Part shown: piece after piece, positions 9,317-18,812 of the stretch
Numbering within the stretch: position 1 is the stretch's first letter
Layout: every line of letters starts with the position of its first letter
Assembly: GCA_963807605.1 (NCBI GenBank)
Contig: CAWECG010000004.1
Span: 64,001 to 128,000 of the forward strand
Length of the DNA: 64,000 nucleotides
Reading direction: 5' to 3'
From: Candidatus Bathyarchaeota archaeon
Lineage (GTDB): Archaea > Thermoproteota > Bathyarchaeia > 40CM-2-53-6 > RBG-13-38-9
The notes under the pieces: model-generated
Seen by the model: the letters and a program-made list of their open reading frames with translations, nothing else
The model's database searches: none
Told to the model about the DNA's origin: nothing
Translations under genes and position numbers: made by a program

Positions 9317-10381
9317 CTAGTCATCATCCGGAGTATGCTTGTGTCTATGATGAGTATCTGGCCAATGAACATGAGTGTGAGTCACTTCAAGGTGCGTATG
9401 GTCGTGAATGTTCGACTCAGAAACTGTTTCAGAATGTTTGTGTAGATGATGCATTTCACCATGATCGTGCAGATGAATATGGGTCATCGTGTCATGATAA
9501 TGAAGATGTAAATGCTCTTCACTCACTATCAACCAAACTCCAATTATCATAAATCCTGTCGCTGGAAACATCACCCATCCTATCCATTCCCTGAGTATGA
9601 GTAGGGAGGTCACAGCGGCGATGAATGGTGCGAGACTAAAGAATGCTCCAGTCCTGGATGAGCCTAATCCTTCAAGAGCTTTGATGAAGAATACCAAACT
9701 CGCACCATAACTAAAAGCGCCCACCAGAAGGGCAAACACAATCGTGGCATCCAGCGGTATCCTCGTTCCAAGCATTAAAGCAAATGAAAGAGACACGGCT
9801 CCAGCGATTCGGCCTTTGATTTCAGCGAGCTGTACCGGATCTTTGTCGGATAGGTTGCGAGTCAAATTATTGTCTACACCCCAACATACCATTGCAAAGA
9901 CAAGCAATAATGGACCTAGTGGCATGAACCTGCCTTGGCTAGGATCCCAAGTCAAGAATACCCCTGCTACGGTCATACATACCAACGCTATCCACAGACG
10001 TTTTCCCACGGTTTCACTGAAAACGAACGCGGCGATTGCAGCGGTGGCGACCCCTTCTAAGTTTAGCAGTAGGGACGCAGAAAAACCAGAGACAAGCCTC
10101 AGTCCCATCATCATACTTATTGGCGCCAATATTCCACCCGTGATTGTCGCACCGGATAACCAAGGAAAATCCTTCCTGCCCAACGATGCCACTTTATCAT
10201 TCGAGCCAGTCATCATCCTTCTTCCAATAGAATACAAGTATAGACCGACAAATGCACCAAGATAGAGCAAACCAGCCAGGGCCACAGGAGGAATGTCCCT
10301 TACAAGTAGTTTAGCGAGGGGCGGACTGATTCCAAACAATGAAGCAGATATTATGACGAAGACTAATGGTTCTTTATCCAA
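9317..10381 (-). CDS. DMT/EamA family transporter with His-rich C-terminal tail
   Basis: Two EamA repeats, SLLLNLE, WGVDNNLTR, tail ending HTHVHWPDTHHRHKH. Confidence 0.9.
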   Translation of the reverse strand: MDKEPLVFVIISASLFGISPPLAKLLVRDIPPVALAGLLYLGAFVGLYLYSIGRRMMTGSNDKVASLGRKDFPWLSGATITGGILAPISMMMGLRLVSGFSASLLLNLEGVATAAIAAFVFSETVGKRLWIALVCMTVAGVFLTWDPSQGRFMPLGPLLLVFAMVCWGVDNNLTRNLSDKDPVQLAEIKGRIAGAVSLSFALMLGTRIPLDATIVFALLVGAFSYGASLVFFIKALEGLGSSRTGAFFSLAPFIAAVTSLLILREWIGWVMFPATGFMIIGVWLIVSEEHLHLHYHDTMTHIHLHDHGEMHHLHKHSETVSESNIHDHTHLEVTHTHVHWPDTHHRHKHTPDDD

Positions 10382-10469
10382 TTACCTCACATTTGTTGTC
10401 GCGTTTGAGTTGAATACGTTGTTCTTGAATGTTACCTTGCATTCATCAGATGATGTTGCTACCTAGAAA

Positions 10470-10489
10470 TGGTGTGGTGGTGCTCACCA
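10470..10489 (+). repeat. Intergenic motif copy (20-bp exact repeat of 15575-15594)
   Basis: TGGTGTGGTGGTGCTCACCA. Confidence 0.85.
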
Positions 10490-10947
10490 AGGGACACGAC
10501 GACGACACACACAGAATCTAATTGTTTGATTTTGGGTGTCCTCACTAGCGCCTATGTGAAGGCTCCTCTTCCACCCTTGTTCCTGGATGAATATATTTGG
10601 CATGCGCCTATTCGCCCACAGATGGGGCATTATGGCTTCGCATCCAGGCTATCCTCAATCGCGCTAACGTCCACCTTAAGGGACAGTGCTTTCACGAGGA
10701 GGTTTCTCTAGGCCTGACAATAATACAATTATTCATTTATCAATAATTGTCTTTCTATCGCAGTCTAGAATCGTTGAGTAGTGTGACTCCTCATTCACAT
10801 CCAAACCATCAGAAAGGGCGCTCATACAATGGCATGAGCGCCTCCTCTGCAAAAAAACTTCCCATACCATCGCGCTAGATTGAATAACGCGAGCGGTTCA
10901 AGGTAATCATTATATCTAAGCTAGTTAAGGAACAGAATGTGGTAAAT

Positions 10948-11115
10948 ATGCTAAAACATCCAGGACATGAAAAACATCTCTGCAAAATGGTAGTCGGCGA
11001 TATGGAAGACATCGCAAACATCAAACCGCTTGTAAATAATCCGAAGTACATCTGCAGTGGATGTGGAAGAGTGGCCAACAAAGCAGAAAATCTCTGCGCC
11101 CCCACTAGTCTTTAA
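10948..11115 (+). CDS. Small His/Cys-rich metal-binding protein, 55 aa (below ORF-track cutoff)
   Basis: [12 protein letters not shown]...[24 protein letters not shown]. Confidence 0.75.
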   Translation: MLKHPGHEKHLCKMVVGDMEDIANIKPLVNNPKYICSGCGRVANKAENLCAPTSL

Positions 11116-11326
11116 AAAACTACGTCGAAAACAAGATCGTGATCAACTCTTCTTTTTTCAAGCGCCCGCTATACGCTCAACAGTTATATTCACAAAGAAT
11201 TCAGAAAAGGGTCTAGTGCTTGCGCTTAGCACGCTACCTTAGCTATTGCGCTAAACACAATCCCGAAGGCATTCGAGATATGATTTAATAGAAGCAACGA
11301 CTGATTTAGATTCTGGTCGATATTGA

Positions 11327-11641
11327 ATGCCGATAGATCCTGAGTTCATGACCAAGGTCAAGAAGCACAGCCAACATAACGGACATGACGTTTGGGGCGA
11401 AGTGAAACCCCCTGAAAAATTGGGAATCCACGGAACCAACGTGGCTGTAGACCACGACCTATGCGACGGTGACGCCACGTGTGCGCAGGTCTGCCCAGTC
11501 AACGTATTCGAAATGATCGATAGCCCTGGTCACCCAACCTCAAACAAGAAATCAGATCCTGTAAGGGAGTCAGAATGCATATACTGTATGGCCTGCGAGA
11601 TACAATGCCCTCCCAAAGCAATCAAAATAACGCAAAAATAG
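11327..11641 (+). CDS. zfx: Zinc-containing dicluster ferredoxin (Sulfolobus/Thermoplasma type)
   Basis: N-terminal H..H...LGIHG extension; CxxDxxCxxxCP and CxxCxxCxxxCP. Confidence 0.9.
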   Translation: MPIDPEFMTKVKKHSQHNGHDVWGEVKPPEKLGIHGTNVAVDHDLCDGDATCAQVCPVNVFEMIDSPGHPTSNKKSDPVRESECIYCMACEIQCPPKAIKITQK

Positions 11642-11699
11642 GAAACCTCAAAGTATTATGCGCTATGTTGGCGCTATTCTTATGCGATGATATATGGTC

Positions 11700-12143
11700 A
11701 TGAAATGACAAGCCATTGCTGCCATCATTGTAGTGTTGGCCATTATTGGTGTCGGGTCCATATACATGGTTCAACAACAGAAGCCTTTACCAACATCATT
11801 TCCAACACCGAATGCAGCACCCACATTAACACCAACTCCGACTCCCACGTCAACACCAACTCCTACTCTATCCCCTACGCCCACCCCAACACCGACCCCC
11901 ACACAATCAGCTGCTGAAGAAGGCCGCATCCGTGACATTGTGAAGGCCTACTATGCCGCATTCAGCCAACATTCAGAAGGAGCCGTAGCAGGATTCTTTA
12001 CGATAGATGGACAGAAGCTGCTCAACAGTGGAAAAGATGGTTCGTTCATAGACCGTGACGCAATAAGGACAGGATTGGCAGGGGGCTTCGGAAATGGCAG
12101 AGACGTAACCATCAAGGAGTTAAACATCACTAAACTACCCTGA
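11700..12143 (+). pseudogene. Membrane-anchored Pro/Thr-linker, SnoaL/NTF2-like protein; nonsense codon at codon 3 and truncated by IS200
   Basis: ATG AAA TGA CAA GCC..., TM helix, (TP)n linker, IRDIVKAYYAAF; ends at the IS hairpin. Confidence 0.6.
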
Positions 12144-12338
12144 GCTAAAGCTCAGGGGGTTCTATGCTGCTTAGGCTAGGTATTCGCTGAGGGATTTCTG
12201 TTTGAATTGTAGGTAGACGTCGTGGTCCACGGCCTTCCAGTGTTTCCTCTGACTGTGTTCAAGGTAGTACCTGATGACTTCATTCGTGGTGACGCCGACC
12301 GAGCGGTAGAAGTAGCCCGCTGTCCAGAAGGCGTCACC
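12138..12338 (-). mobile_element. tnpA: IS200/IS605 tnpA remnant with terminal hairpin
   Basis: FWTAGYFYRSVGVTTNEVIRYYLEHSQ (Y1 transposase C-terminus); hairpin CCCTGAGCT-AA-AGCTCAGGG at 12138-12157. Confidence 0.85.
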
Positions 12339-12659
12339 CTAAAGCTTCGCCCTGACCCTGCTCCGGCATTTCTGGCGGATCCGCCTTGAGCTGACGCCTT
12401 TCAGGAGGCGTGCCAGCTCCGAGACGGCCAGATTCTTGCATGCGCCAAGTAAGATGTGGACATGGTCCGGACCGAACTCTATGGCGTGAAGCGCAAAACC
12501 GTATCGGGCCGCGGTCTCGCGGAAGCTCTCCTCGCAGACAAAGCATTCAACATGATTAAATCATATGCTAAGTGGCACTTGGATCGTCTTCGTCGGTAGC
12601 GTAGCAGTTTGCATTGTCGTTTACGCTGATCTAAAAGCTCGATTCTACGAGCGCTAAGA

Positions 12660-12929
12660 ATGAACACCAACGAAGAACCCAGATATGATGAAAAGGTGCA
12701 GTTTGCCGAGTTGGTTGGCAAGAGCTTTGTGGTGCTCAACTATGAAGTGTTCCCATCCAAATTCGAGGGCTGTGAGGAGTTCGCGGTCATTCTGATTAGG
12801 CAAAACGGTAGCGAGGCTATCACGACCACCAGCTCAAGGGTGATACTTGACCAGCTTGGAAAGATGAAGGATAAACTGCCGGTAAAGGTGAAGTTTCTGA
12901 GAAAAAATAGATATTTTACATTTAGCTAG
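12660..12929 (+). CDS. Hypothetical protein, possible virus/plasmid OB-fold SSB-like
   Basis: 89 aa, beta-rich, TTSSRVILDQL...LPVKV...RYFTFS. Confidence 0.55.
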   Translation: MNTNEEPRYDEKVQFAELVGKSFVVLNYEVFPSKFEGCEEFAVILIRQNGSEAITTTSSRVILDQLGKMKDKLPVKVKFLRKNRYFTFS

Positions 12930-13027
12930 TCTTTTTTCTACAATACTCGTTTTGTCAATCTAGCTTAGGTCCGACGGACATTATTTCAGGCGCGCTTGTT
13001 GCCTACGGATGTGGATTCAAACAAGCG

Positions 13028-13390
13028 TTAATCTAAAATCTTTTTCCTCGCAATCATATCCCTGTTTCTGCCGAATATCCAATAGCTGTAACCGCCATGC
13101 TCAAGCTTTCCACCAGCACTCTGGAGCTTCATGAAAAGCCCCATTGCTTCTTGCATGCTCGCCCACTCCCCTGTTCCCCGCTTCCAAGGCTTCCAGTCAA
13201 TAGCTTGAATATCCAATTCGACTTTCGGCTCTGATACAGCCTGAACGTTCATCTTGATTTGCTTTGCAGCCTCCACAGGCTTATCGAGCGATTGTTCTGG
13301 CGTTGAAGTTATCGTAATTCTAAGCTTCTCGCCGCACTTTGGGCACCTAACGACTGCTTCACTCAAGGATAGTCTCCCCATAGAAGACAT
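13028..13390 (-). CDS. Hypothetical protein with CPKCG motif and Trp/Gly-rich C-terminal domain
   Basis: RCPKCG; IDWKPWK..GEW..GGYSYW. Confidence 0.6.
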   Translation of the reverse strand: MSSMGRLSLSEAVVRCPKCGEKLRITITSTPEQSLDKPVEAAKQIKMNVQAVSEPKVELDIQAIDWKPWKRGTGEWASMQEAMGLFMKLQSAGGKLEHGGYSYWIFGRNRDMIARKKILD

Positions 13391-13603
13391 AATATCATGA
13401 GCAAAGGCTTTTGAATTAACCTCAGCACTACCAGTGACTCACCATTCTTGCAACGCCTTCAACGCAACCTTCTCATCTTTCAGCTCAATCTGCAAACTTT
13501 GATTACCAAGTGGCCTGATTCGCATCGAGAGTTGAGATGGTTCTTCATGGGAATTAGGCAATAAAGTGATAGCCTGTCTGACAATGTCTGACACCTTCAA
13601 GCC

Positions 13604-13876
13604 TTGGGATTGGCTCTTCAGCAACAAGTGGTTCTCCCAACTCAGTCGGCTCTAAATCATCTTGTTCTACAAAGGCTCAATATTATTGAAAAGAGAATAG
13701 GCAGAATCAGCGAAGAATCTAAAGCTGAAACCAAGCAAGCTCAAGTTGCAAAGCAAGAACTCATCAAATCTCTTGAAGCGCTTCTCGAAAACGTCGGGCG
13801 GAACGCATCGGAGCATGAAAAAGTCCTCAAGAGGCTTAAGGAGCTACCTTCACCAGACGAAAGACAATTTGCCTAG
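13604..13876 (+). CDS. Hypothetical coiled-coil protein, possibly a fragment
   Basis: 90-aa helical ORF in an AT-rich tract. Confidence 0.35.
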   Translation: MGLALQQQVVLPTQSALNHLVLQRLNIIEKRIGRISEESKAETKQAQVAKQELIKSLEALLENVGRNASEHEKVLKRLKELPSPDERQFA

Positions 13877-13890
13877 ATGATCTCAAATGG

Positions 13891-14604
13891 ATGATGATTT
13901 GGCTTTTCAGTTTCTTCCAAGATAGAAAGTTCCTACATGAATTGTTTCAACTTGTTGCTGAGGAATACAATAGAATTCTGCTTCAGTTATGCAGATTCTA
14001 CCAGAACCATAGGAGTGCATATAACAAGCTCAAACATGGTTTGATGTTTGCTCTCATTCAAATGGAGACTGGACAGGATGTCGTGAAGACGGTCATGACA
14101 TATGATAGATATGATAAGGAAGAATTCTACAGACTTGCAGACTGCTATCGCCCGCCAAAGAATCCCTCTCCACCTGGGATGGACTGGTTCAATCTAGTGT
14201 CCTATTTGCTGCAAGAGAGCCATGTTTTTGAGAAGTATAAGTACGTGAATTCTATGGTGTGGAAGCTGGCTAAAACACTCATCAGGAACTATTTTGATTT
14301 CGGCTCAAACTGTGGTCGTGACTATTTACCTGAGGGTGTGGACGACATTCTGCAATCGAGAAACATGCTGAGAGAGCTTGACAGGTACAAAGAAATAAAA
14401 AACAGACTCTATCCCAAAATGATTTCTCTCTCAATTACACAAGAAATCATACACAATCTTAGAGAAGAAGCATACAGGAAAACTACAGAACATTGGAACG
14501 CCAATCAGATTTCGAATCATTGGTACCCTCCCGTAGAGGAAGATAAGGAAACGTCTTTGCCTCCTAATGAGCCGATTATATCAACGGACTACAATGTGAA
14601 ATAG
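13891..14604 (+). CDS. Putative HEPN-like protein, probably N-terminally truncated
   Basis: Helical, AYNKLKHG motif. Confidence 0.45.
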   Translation: MMIWLFSFFQDRKFLHELFQLVAEEYNRILLQLCRFYQNHRSAYNKLKHGLMFALIQMETGQDVVKTVMTYDRYDKEEFYRLADCYRPPKNPSPPGMDWFNLVSYLLQESHVFEKYKYVNSMVWKLAKTLIRNYFDFGSNCGRDYLPEGVDDILQSRNMLRELDRYKEIKNRLYPKMISLSITQEIIHNLREEAYRKTTEHWNANQISNHWYPPVEEDKETSLPPNEPIISTDYNVK

Positions 14605-14639
14605 CCAACAGACACAAGAGCTAACTTTTTGGGGGCGGT

Positions 14640-14650
14640 CTCACCAGCTA
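14640..14650 (-). repeat. Intergenic motif copy
   Basis: CTCACCAGCTA, the reverse complement of TAGCTGGTGAG. Confidence 0.8.
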
Positions 14651-14741
14651 GCGCACGCTAAAGGAGCTCCTAGGATTCCTATCCTGATGTAAACATGACC
14701 TTCTCACTACATGGTAATGGTACTCCAAGAGGAGATGCGGA

Positions 14742-15500
14742 TTGACCAGAAAGCTTGACCTTGCAAAAACAACCGATGAGAAATGGGACAGTCTGAATGA
14801 CAGCTATAATAGAATAGTCGACAGAATCAATGAAATATCATGCAATCATCACCTACAAACAGCCGCTTTCAGAACCACTGATGGAACTGCCATAAATCTG
14901 AATGAATTCAATGAAAAAATGCTTACCCTACACTACAAATTGAGATATGCCTGTGTCAGTTTGGAATACCTAAGAAATGTATATCGCCAGTTCTCAGATA
15001 CGCTGGACAAGGCCATGAAAGCTATGACCGAATCGATTTCTGAGGATTTCATTTTCCATACTGATGTTTTCTTCATTTTTGGGTACAGCGCATTTGACAT
15101 CGTAGCTGGAATACTTGATATGATGACACAAACTGGTCTTCAGAAGAAGGAAGTCAATTTCTATAACGTAATAGAGGCACTTGCGAGTTCAAATTACTCC
15201 GACACTCATCCAATTTTCAGGACACTGAAACAGGAAAATAAGACAGGATGGATTCGTGAATTTCGACGCTACAGAGTGTTCTTGGTTCACTACTCAACCA
15301 TGCGTCTTCAAAAAGAATTTAAATACACTGCAAGAGACCAAACAATTGAAATCAACTTTTTCCTCTTACCAGATGACCCAGAGAAGAGGCCTTACGAATA
15401 TAACTCCAAAAGAGAACTTGTCCCTTATTGCGAGAAAGTAATGGAAAAAGAACTTGACGCCATAAAGGAACTTTTTGACTTCACTAGAACACTGATTTAG
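14742..15500 (+). CDS. Putative HEPN-domain RNase (Cthe_2314-like)
   Basis: YSAFDIVA helix followed by R-x4-H (YRVFLVH). Confidence 0.6.
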   Translation: MTRKLDLAKTTDEKWDSLNDSYNRIVDRINEISCNHHLQTAAFRTTDGTAINLNEFNEKMLTLHYKLRYACVSLEYLRNVYRQFSDTLDKAMKAMTESISEDFIFHTDVFFIFGYSAFDIVAGILDMMTQTGLQKKEVNFYNVIEALASSNYSDTHPIFRTLKQENKTGWIREFRRYRVFLVHYSTMRLQKEFKYTARDQTIEINFFLLPDDPEKRPYEYNSKRELVPYCEKVMEKELDAIKELFDFTRTLI

Positions 15501-15523
15501 CAGCAATAGCCGGTCTTCTCGAC

Positions 15524-15556
15524 AGGGGAAGAGGGCTTTCTGGGGGGTCTTCCCCT
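15524..15556. terminator. Hairpin between convergent genes
   Basis: AGGGGAAGA...TCTTCCCCT 9-bp stem. Confidence 0.4.
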
Positions 15557-15574
15557 AATGGGGATAGTCAGTCT

Positions 15575-15594
15575 TGGTGTGGTGGTGCTCACCA
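15575..15594 (+). repeat. Intergenic motif copy (exact repeat of 10470-10489)
   Basis: TGGTGTGGTGGTGCTCACCA. Confidence 0.85.
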
Positions 15595-15654
15595 TCTACA
15601 GTACGCACAAAGAGTATTTCGAATGGATGAATTGCGATTCTACTGCCGCTCGAT

Positions 15655-16332
15655 TCAATTGGAACTTTGTTTGAAGTATTTTCTATAATTACTTTCAAGG
15701 TCACGAAGAGCGTCGTTCTTCAGCCACCCTCTTAGTCTTCTTCTCACGTCCTGCAAGTTCGCTCCTTTCTTGCTAACAACGGAATTGCACCATTCATCAC
15801 CAGTCCTTACCTTTGAATATGGAAACCTTGTGAGGTAAAATCTCCCTTTGCTTGCCAGAGGCTTAACCGGTATGGGAGGCGGCCCTACCGTTACGATTCG
15901 GATTCGGCAGTTGCGCTTTGCTTTCCTATTCCGCTTTGCTTTACTGTTCCAGGCTACAAATTGCTCTAACCCTAAGTCCATAGTGGAATACATGACGAGA
16001 TTCTTTGTTGGCAGCGTCACGTTTTCAAATCGGGCTCTGATTATCTGTACATTCTGCAAAGCTTTCCGCTCTACGTTTTTCTTAGCTCTCCGGAAACGAA
16101 TTGGGTGGGACTCTATGCCGATGGCTGACTTGCAACGTCGTGCAGCCCAGATGCAGACCCATCCGTCGCCGCATCCCAAATCGCAGAAAACGTCTCTCCT
16201 TGTCAACTTCGCAAGTTCGAAGACTCGAATCGCTTCATCATGTGACGTAGCGGTGGGTGAACCTCTCCAATCGCGCATCAAGTTCACTTTGCTACGCATT
16301 TTCACCATGCTACACACACCCTGAAACGACAA
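15655..16332 (-). CDS. Class I SAM-dependent methyltransferase, DOT1/aKMT/FAM173-like
   Basis: ELAKLTRRDVFCDLGCGDG, AIGIE. Confidence 0.75.
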   Translation of the reverse strand: MSFQGVCSMVKMRSKVNLMRDWRGSPTATSHDEAIRVFELAKLTRRDVFCDLGCGDGWVCIWAARRCKSAIGIESHPIRFRRAKKNVERKALQNVQIIRARFENVTLPTKNLVMYSTMDLGLEQFVAWNSKAKRNRKAKRNCRIRIVTVGPPPIPVKPLASKGRFYLTRFPYSKVRTGDEWCNSVVSKKGANLQDVRRRLRGWLKNDALRDLESNYRKYFKQSSN

Positions 16333-16574
16333 TGGTTACTTACCTAGACCTCCTTTGCACGTTTCTAGGCTTCTTTCTCCCCCTTTTCGTTGTTGCTCCT
16401 TTTTACAAATCTTCCTTCTTCTCATGTCAAACACCTCAAGAAGTAAATCTCGAAAAATAGTCAATTTTTTGCCATTACATTCACTAATAACAGCAATTCG
16501 GTCAAATAGAAGACCAATGCTAACTCATAATTCTAAAAAATCAACTAAATACTAGATTTACTGGAGGACTAACC

Positions 16575-16826
16575 TTGCCCAGAAGAAAAACGTCTGACAT
16601 AATAGCTCACGTTTTGAGTTCTGCTGAGAGTCTAAAGAATAATATTGCTGCCGTACCAGTTGAGATTCAAGACAGAATTAGAGACTTGGCTCTAGTTATA
16701 GTCAACAAACCTGTAAAGAGGCGGGGTCGCCCACCCGGAAGGAAGAGGGGTAGACCTCCTGGAAGAAAGAAAAGGGGCAGACCAAGGAAGAGGGCAAAAG
16801 CAGTAGAGACGCCAACACAAGCCTAA
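16575..16826 (+). CDS. Small basic AT-hook protein, copy 1
   Basis: GGAGG ribosome-binding site + TTG; helical N-terminus then three RGRP motifs; paralog at 21430. Confidence 0.85.
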   Translation: MPRRKTSDIIAHVLSSAESLKNNIAAVPVEIQDRIRDLALVIVNKPVKRRGRPPGRKRGRPPGRKKRGRPRKRAKAVETPTQA

Positions 16827-16998
16827 TCGCGAAACATATTCTTTTTTGTTTCTGCAGCTTCCAGAGGATCATCTGTTGAAGAAGGTATTGATGGTGAGGA
16901 TGATAGCCTATCCACTGCTGACTTAGTGTAATGTCAGGGTTTTGTTCTCAATTCCTTCTCCAGCATGTCGTCTTCGAGTATCTTGCTTCGCATCAATT

Positions 16999-17806
16999 TC
17001 AGCGATTGATACGTGTCACGCTTCTGAGAAGCAGGGAAGTGTCCACGCTCCTCCCGTACAGGGTTAATGCGCCTCTATCTTTCAAGACATCTCGGAGGGT
17101 ATCCGTTACGAGGTCCGTGAGGCCGAACTCCACTGCAAGAGCGCGGATCTGCGCGTAGTCCATCGCGTCCTTCATTATGCTTCTCCTTTCTTTGGGGTCA
17201 AGCAACGCAATGATGTCAGAGCCATCCTTGGCAACCTTGCCTCTCAGCCACGCTAGCCTGGCAGCATTCATAGTGGCGCCTTTGGTTCTGATATCGTACT
17301 GCCTGTCACGCCTGGCCTTTACCTTGAACAGTGCTAGAAGTGCCTTGCTCGGAACGTAGCAGGCGCAGTCTCTCGCTATGCTGATCTCCCTCTTGCAACC
17401 ATCCCTCTCACAGAGGGAATAGGGAAGGGCCTTCGAGCCACCCTCGTGGAATTGACTCGCACCGCTGCGTTCGTAGGTGCACGCATCGATTTCCATGTCT
17501 CCTATCTTTCTCCCTCCCTTCGAGTAGATCGGTTTGCTGGCTGTTATCTCTGTCCCGAGCGCATCCTGTTGCAGGATTTCGTACCCGTGAGACTTTTCGT
17601 ATCCCTCGATTATCTCGTCGAACGCGTCCCTGTGGCTCGAATCCAACCACGTCGATGTCGACGGAACCGTAATAGGGGTTGTAGAAGTATACTGCCCAGC
17701 CCCCTACTATGACAGGTGCTCCGAAATGTCGGAAATAGCGAACGAAACTGACGAGTTCCCGGTAAGATGTCCTTACCGGCGCTGGCCCTTTCGGAGTTCC
17801 GCTCAT
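16999..17806 (-). CDS. AbiEii-like nucleotidyltransferase toxin (+1 frameshift near 17641)
   Basis: PVIVGGWAV...GSVDIDVV joined to a downstream frame with LLALFKVKA...KDGSDI. Confidence 0.75.
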
Positions 17807-18426
17807 CTTCCTTTTTTTATCTCCTCGTATAGCTTCATCGCGCCATCCCTGCCCGCTCCTCCCAGGCAGAACAAATCTATAACGACCTGAACAGGTTCGA
17901 CCAGAACAAATTCCTTGATTCGTCTCGCGTTCTGCAGGATTAGCTCCGAGTCCGGGCTGAGAACCTGTATCGTTACGTCGCCTCTTCCCCTGGGAATCCG
18001 ATTCGCAAGTTCGAGTGGCTTCTGGGAGTAAACGTGCACCGACGGATACGTGATGTAGTACTCGACGTACTTGGCGAGCGCGGAAAAGGCAGTCAGCGCA
18101 TACCCGCCCGTATGCACTACAGCGTTCCTGACCATTCTTTCGATTTTCGATATCTCCGACTCCTCGGTTCTGACCTCCGAAACAACTAGCTTGGAGAGCG
18201 GCCGCTCCGTCGAGAGAACCTCCAGCAACCTGAGTGAATCACTAAGCTCCAAGTGTCCCTTCCCTCTCTGCGCGACTATCCCGGGCGCCTCAATCTCGCT
18301 GATGACGTGATTTACTAGATTCCTGGAGACGCCTGCCTTCCTTGAGATTTCAATCTGGGAAGTCTGAGGGTGTGTCAGCAGGTATGCTACAACCTTGTAG
18401 GTCTGCGGGGAGGTTAGTCTGACCAA
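17803..18426 (-). CDS. AbiEi-like antitoxin (wHTH + C-terminal domain)
   Basis: SQIEISRKAGVSRNLVNHVI HTH; YALTAFSAL, VHVY, VQVVIDLF; overlaps the toxin start. Confidence 0.75.
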   Translation of the reverse strand: MVRLTSPQTYKVVAYLLTHPQTSQIEISRKAGVSRNLVNHVISEIEAPGIVAQRGKGHLELSDSLRLLEVLSTERPLSKLVVSEVRTEESEISKIERMVRNAVVHTGGYALTAFSALAKYVEYYITYPSVHVYSQKPLELANRIPRGRGDVTIQVLSPDSELILQNARRIKEFVLVEPVQVVIDLFCLGGAGRDGAMKLYEEIKKGR

Positions 18427-18581
18427 TTCTCTTCCTGTCGTCCTTCGCGCTGGGTCATATTTAAAGAAATCCCATATTCATGGGATTATCCCATAAACAT
18501 GGGATAACCAACGGCGCGAAGACGCGTTGCGACCCCACTTCGGCACTACTGCGGTTAAGAGCACCGCACCACCTTACTCTC

Positions 18582-18812
18582 ATGAAATCAAAAACTACGC
18601 TCCAGAACAATGGGACTGTAGGCATACGCGCGTTCAAGAATGGGCTCAAGAAGAAGCTCCCTCCCGACAGCCCCGTCCTGATGGACCTCCTCCATGAGCC
18701 AGACTCGATGCCCCTCACCAGGGCTGATGTCCTGATTCCGCACTACCTGCAGAGGCTGGAGAGGGAACTCGAGAAGTACGAGTCGTCAGGACCCGTGGTT
18801 CTGCGTTCATGA
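18582..18812 (+). CDS. Small protein resembling 3195-3359
   Basis: IRAFKNGLKKKLPPDSPVLMDLLHEPDSM. Confidence 0.5.
   Translation: MKSKTTLQNNGTVGIRAFKNGLKKKLPPDSPVLMDLLHEPDSMPLTRADVLIPHYLQRLERELEKYESSGPVVLRS

Noticed and set aside
11700-11712. In-frame TGA as selenocysteine or recoding
   Set aside because: It falls in a signal/TM segment of a gene also truncated by IS200; most simply a TGG-to-TGA nonsense change.
11800-11905. CCAAC/CCCAC-rich tandem repeats as a DNA element
   Set aside because: They encode a Pro/Thr linker.
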